Origin: Eutreptiella sp. 'Long Island Sound 2002'
Lineage: Eukaryota; Protista; Euglenida
Reading direction: 5' to 3'
NCBI GenBank assembly: GCA_964036045.1
Contig: OZ038379.1
Coordinates: 19,716,001-19,780,000, forward strand
Length of the DNA stretch: 64,000 nt
Shown here in pieces: positions 59,226 through 64,000 of this stretch (position 1 is the stretch's first letter; each line of letters begins with the position of its first letter). Made by a program: the position numbers and the translations under genes. Under the pieces are notes generated by a model. It was not told the DNA's origin and searched no databases. It saw nothing but the letters and a program-made list of their open reading frames with translations.

Positions 59226-60478
59226 AACACTGCCGAAATTGTGTTGCAGTGTTATGATCCCACACAACATATCTGGCGTACAGGGTGCAACGTCCGAATC
59301 CCAAAGGGACGAATGTGACGCTCACCCAACGAAAGCTGCGCGATCTACGGAAGAAATCTTTCCGTGGTGCAGGTGTGGTATGGGGTTGGAAGTAGTGTGG
59401 CTTCGCGTTCCCCTCAAAGAACATTGCAGATAAGGGGCTTGTATGCTTTTAGTGTTTCGATATATGGGAGTCCTGGGTCGGTTTCTCGCATTGACTTGTG
59501 GGCAGACCCTGCGAGCGAAACATCAAAAGCTGGCGTCAGTAGCTTCAAATTCGTTGGATCAAAGCCACACTTCCATGAATCATGCCCAATCAAAGTACCT
59601 TTCCTTGTAACGCTCAGCCAACACGGCTATAGCTGTCAGCCATTTCCACCCGCACATAACAGGCTGCAGAGTGCGGCCATACAAAACCTTTCACATCGCT
59701 CACATTTTGGATCTGCAGCAGCACATAGCAGCCAAAACATTCAGGATCCGGACGGTAAAGGTATTGAAGATAGTTGCAGCCAACGAACAACACAAGAACG
59801 CACAAACGCACGCACGCACGCACACACGCACGCACGCACGCACGGACACAGGCCCATACCGACGGTATCACGATCTGACACTGATGCCGCCAGTTTGCAA
59901 ACTACCACCTTCCAACAGCTCATTGCGACGTGTCATGCTGCAAGAAGACACAGAGTCAGACCCACTGCCCACCTTCGCACAATGCAGCAAAAAGGCAAAC
60001 CCGGAGGCCCCAACGGGGCATAGGGAATTACCACAGCACTCCGCATTCAGATAAAATCTGGAGAGAGTGGCAGGGAATGCAATCACCACGTCTCGTACCC
60101 CATCTTCAAATGCATTGCCACCTCTGCAGGCCCTCTAAGCGTTGGTGGTGAAACTGTCAGAGATCACGCTCATGCAGATTCCTAGCCCCCCCCACCTCCT
60201 TCCGCCCTTGTCCAAGCTCGCCCCAGCCCCAAAGTAACACGGTCCCCTCCACCCCCTGTGGCTTAGACAAAGTGTATCTTGCGCGTGCACGTAAAGACAC
60301 CAACAATACAATGCAATGCCACCGCCTCCTGCCGCCTCTCCCAAAGTACATGGCACCCCAGGCGGGCAAGGGCACACACCCAGCAGCCCTGGACATCCGG
60401 AACGGCGTGCAGGGCTGCCACTTCAAACACTTCACAGCAGGGGCTGAAAGCCCCAAAGCACAAGGCTTCCGGCGTGGT

Positions 60479-60984
60479 CAAGGGGGGCGGCCTGGTCGAA
60501 TATTGACACCCAACCGTGTCAGGGAACTTTTGGGGGTCCGGAGGGGGGGGGACGAAGGGGGGGGGGAGGTGGGTCTGCCGGTCAGCCGCCGGGGTCCCCA
60601 GGGACGGGGGGGGGGGGGTTGTTGGGTACCCCAACATACATACCTCAAAATGATCCCCATGACACGCTGATCATTTGGAACATACACAAATGGGGTAAAA
60701 AATTGTTCAGAAAAATTGCCCATCAGCTCAGGCTCCCATCAGCCAAGGTCTGACCTGGAGGTCGGGTCAGGGGTCAAACTGTTTTGTGTTTTTCGACCAT
60801 TTTTGATTTCTCTACAAAATTCTGAGTATTTTGAGGATAGAGACATCGGGTAAAAAAATTTCCAGCGCCTTCGGCACCAACAGTTTTCCCCAAAATCTCA
60901 AATTGCAGAAAGCCGGGTTCGAGAACTTTTGGAGGGTATGGAGTGGGGGGGGGGGGTCTGGATTCGAACAGGCCGCCCCCCTTG
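60479..60984. mobile_element. hAT-type MITE (506 bp)
   Basis: 23-bp TIR CAAGGGGGGCGGCCTG(G/T)TCGAAT with one mismatch. 8-bp TSD GGCGTGGT/GGTGTGGT. Confidence 0.85.
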
Positions 60985-61599
60985 GGTGTGGTTAAAAAAG
61001 GAACGGCGTGGAGAGCTGCCACGTTAAACACTCCAAAGTGGGGGCTGAAAGCCCTGAAGCACGCAATTTGTTGGGAACAAAAAGTGATGAAGAGTTCCAA
61101 AGACGGACAACGCAGGGGGCATACAATCCGTGAATAGTTTTCTTCTTCTCTTACCCAGCGGGCAGGCACGTTTATGGATTCTACACATCAGTTGTGCACG
61201 CCACATAGCTCCGTTTGATGGGAGGCCCGTTGCCAAAGGAACGCCAAACACCGGGAGCAGGTGGGTACAAGAAACATCTGATGCATGCCATCAACGCATT
61301 GCATCGGCTCTGGGAGGCACACCCGACACAGCACTTCGTGGAATCCACTGCGGGACGTCACGTCCTGGGACCAGTTTGGATGAGGTGTCGAATCAAATCA
61401 GGTCGCAGACGAGGTCTCAGATCAGTCTGCAAGCACCTTTGAGGGTACAATGCCCGGACACAGAGGGCAGGGAGCGGGACCTCAAAACCTCTGAATCCAC
61501 GGTGTGGCGATGGTAACGGCGCTGAGATATCGTCTGAGACAGCGCGTAAAGGGTAGCTAGCCCTTGGCACACAACTCAGAGAAAGAATCCCGAGGTTGA

Positions 61600-62000
61600 G
61601 ACCCAGAAGCAAGAAACGTGTGCTGTTGGGTGGTTGACATGCGCGCGTCTGGGCAGCATGTGGGAGCGAAAGCCAAGAGGGATCTCGCCCTCAAAGATGA
61701 CTGTCATCACCAGTATCCTGATGGTGGCCCACACTGCTGTGGGAGGAGGTAGAACCAGCCGGCAGCCTCTGCCTTGGTGGCCCCATGGGCTTCCTTCATC
61801 CCAAGCACCTGTGGCGCAGGTGTACATCGAGCCTTTCACCTATTCGTCCACCGCCATGCCAACCTCAACTGGGGGGCGCCCACCCATTGCTTTGGCACCT
61901 TGTGTCAAGCCCCAGATATGGTTGAAAATGAATCGATGTTGCATGAGCCCCTTTTGCTTGTGTGTGGGGGGGGGGGATAGAACAAGGTCTTGTTGTCGCA
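61600..62000 (-). pseudogene. Degraded LINE RT remnant
   Basis: HKQKGLMQHRFIFNHIW...VD resembles the Q.GF..gR.i..ni...D..KA region. GRDPSWLS is at the G.RQGDPLS position. Confidence 0.3.
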
Positions 62001-64000
62001 TGAAATACAACACCATGGATACCCATTTGACCAGCACGTTGCAGACAGAGGGGACGAGGGGCGTCAACTGAGATGGAGCTCTTGTCCTTTGGGATGGGGG
62101 AGAGGATGGCCATGGCCCAGCTTTGAAATTGAGCCCGAGGTCAAGAATTGTTGAATCATTTCCGTCATCTTGGGATCCAGTACATCTGGGAAGGCCATCA
62201 GCACCTGCGCCGGATGCCATCTAATCCAGGGGATCATCCCATTTTCACTTTCTCCAATGCGGTCAGCACTAGTGAGGGGTTGGAGCAAAAGGTGAGAGGC
62301 CTCTTTGAAGGTGGCCTTTAATGGAACAGATTCCAGAAAGGCCAAGCATGCAGCATCAAAGCCAGGCCCAGCATGCCCTCTGCTTAGCCTTGCGCCAAGA
62401 TGCAATGGAGTGTTGCTGCGCTCCAAAAGTCACTGGGCACTGCGTTGGGCGGTTTTTTCTTGCTTCTCAACAAGGGGGGCGGGGGGGGGGGGGCTTTGCT
62501 TCCCTGCGTTTTACTGGGCCTGTGACGGGGGCGGTGTCCACACCTCCACCCTGAGAACCTCCCGTTCGGGGTTGGATTCATGCAGTGCAGAGGCGTGGTC
62601 GTGCCCCGGGTACGGCATGGGGATGGTGCATGCAGGCGTGGCATGACTTGTCATGTAAACATAGTTTCATTGAGTCCCTCGAGCGAGATCCAGCCGCAGA
62701 CCAGACGGCCACAGAATCTGTGTCCATAGGAGGCAAAGAGACTGTGGACGTGAAATCCAAAGCCTTTCCAAAGAGGGAGACAGAGAGAGAGAGGGAGAGG
62801 GAGGGAGGGGCAGGGGCAGGCCTGTGCTTGAAATGGGGCAGGCTCCCCTCCCGCCCTCCAGGAGCGATTGCCCATTCCGGTGCAACCGCTCCCCCAAGTG
62901 CCCTCCAACCGTTTTTGTCCCCCGGCCGCTTTTCCACCGGCCAGCTACCGCCTTGTCTGGAGACCTCCACCGGCCTCCCAGTCAAGTACAGGCCACTTTG
63001 GCAAAAACGATGGGGTCCGCGGTGGTATCCGCGCAGTACACGGTGGCACCCGGCGGTGCCGGCCCTCCCAGGTGGCTGCACAGGGGAGGAGGCGGTGGCA
63101 CGCGGGTCCCCGCGTCGCAAACGCCGCCCCGTACAGAGGCATCTCTGGGCAAGACAGGGAAAGGGCTTGGCTGCGCGCCCGGGGCCAGAGTGTCGGAGAA
63201 GCGAAGAAGGGCGGGGGTTAGACCAAAGGTGGGGTCGGTTTGCCGGTTGGCACTTCCGGTTGAACGCACTTGTGTGTGTGTTGTGGAGGCGTGCCCCCAG
63301 ACTGTGTTTGGCGGGGACGTGTGTGTGGCGGCAGGGGGGCGCTCCGGTATAGAGGCCATTCCTGTGGCGCTTCGCGCTGCGCAGGGGGCCGAGGCGGCGT
63401 TGCATATACTTTCGTGTGGGAGTTGACCGGCGTTGCTCTGGGCATGTGGGGGGTGTGGGGGGTGTGAACCACAGGGACAGAGGAGGGTGGCCGGTGGGTA
63501 CTTCTGGTTTCTCGCACTTGTTTGTGTTTTGTGGAAGCGTGCCTCCAGAATTGTGGGGTGTAAGCCACAGAGGCGGAGTAGCTTTGCCGGGTGCGTGTTG
63601 TGTATGTGTGGGGGGGGGGGGGGGGCAGTTTTGTGGGTGAGGGTCCGGATGGGTTCACAAAGGGCTTTGGTGTGCACTGCCCGGCACACACGGGACGTTT
63701 CTGGTCTGTACACGGACGCGGATGCCCTCTTCGAGATCGAAAACGTGCTTAAGGCCTGTGGAACAATCTGCACCATCGTCTCGGGGCCTTGGTTCTATCA
63801 GTGCCGCTCAGCATTTCCGATTGACCACAGAGAATTTACTTGGCACACGACAACGCCAACATAGAAGACTGCACGCAAACAAACAGACCCACAGTAAAAA
63901 CAACACCCGGTCCCCATCCAGTCTGACCCGTCTCTTTGGCGCCTGTTGATGCCGAGGATTTTTGTGCCCGGACTGCCTTGGATAACTAGCTCTATGGCGC

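Noticed and set aside
62578-63864. Several overlapping 140-275-aa ORFs at the window end
   Set aside because: No motif or consistent frame; likely GC-rich transposon remnants, so no product can be supported.

Overview
Repeat-rich eukaryotic nuclear DNA with one 200-N assembly gap (34776-34975). A euglenid/euglenozoan origin is inferred but not proven, from polypyrimidine-AG acceptors just upstream of each start codon (as in spliced-leader trans-splicing), unusual GTCTGC donors, G/C-tract MITE-like repeats and an ingi/L1Tc-like LINE. Three spliced host genes are well supported, all on the minus strand with GT-AG phase-0 introns: a signal-peptide six-bladed Kelch protein with a Pro/Ser/Thr stalk and probable TM helix (10568-13445); a type II membrane GT4-like glycosyltransferase (17801-22270); and a DUF2235/Tle1-like alpha/beta hydrolase (44523-48143). 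Weaker candidates are a single-exon orphan ORF (5179-5850), an ORF between direct repeats (56702-57196) and an antisense orphan exon (46493-46564). The rest is mobile and repetitive DNA: a PIF/Harbinger-type family with GGGGGA termini and 3-bp TSDs (one transposase pseudogene with a C-terminal B-box-like zinc finger, plus several non-autonomous or cargo-carrying derivatives), a decayed ~5-kb APE-RT-RNase H LINE, LINE and DIRS-like remnants, a hAT-type MITE, hairpin-containing minisatellites, a hierarchical composite satellite with a long junction hairpin, and tRNA-derived A/B-box modules arranged in inverted pairs. All coordinates and motifs were read by eye; no database searches were run.
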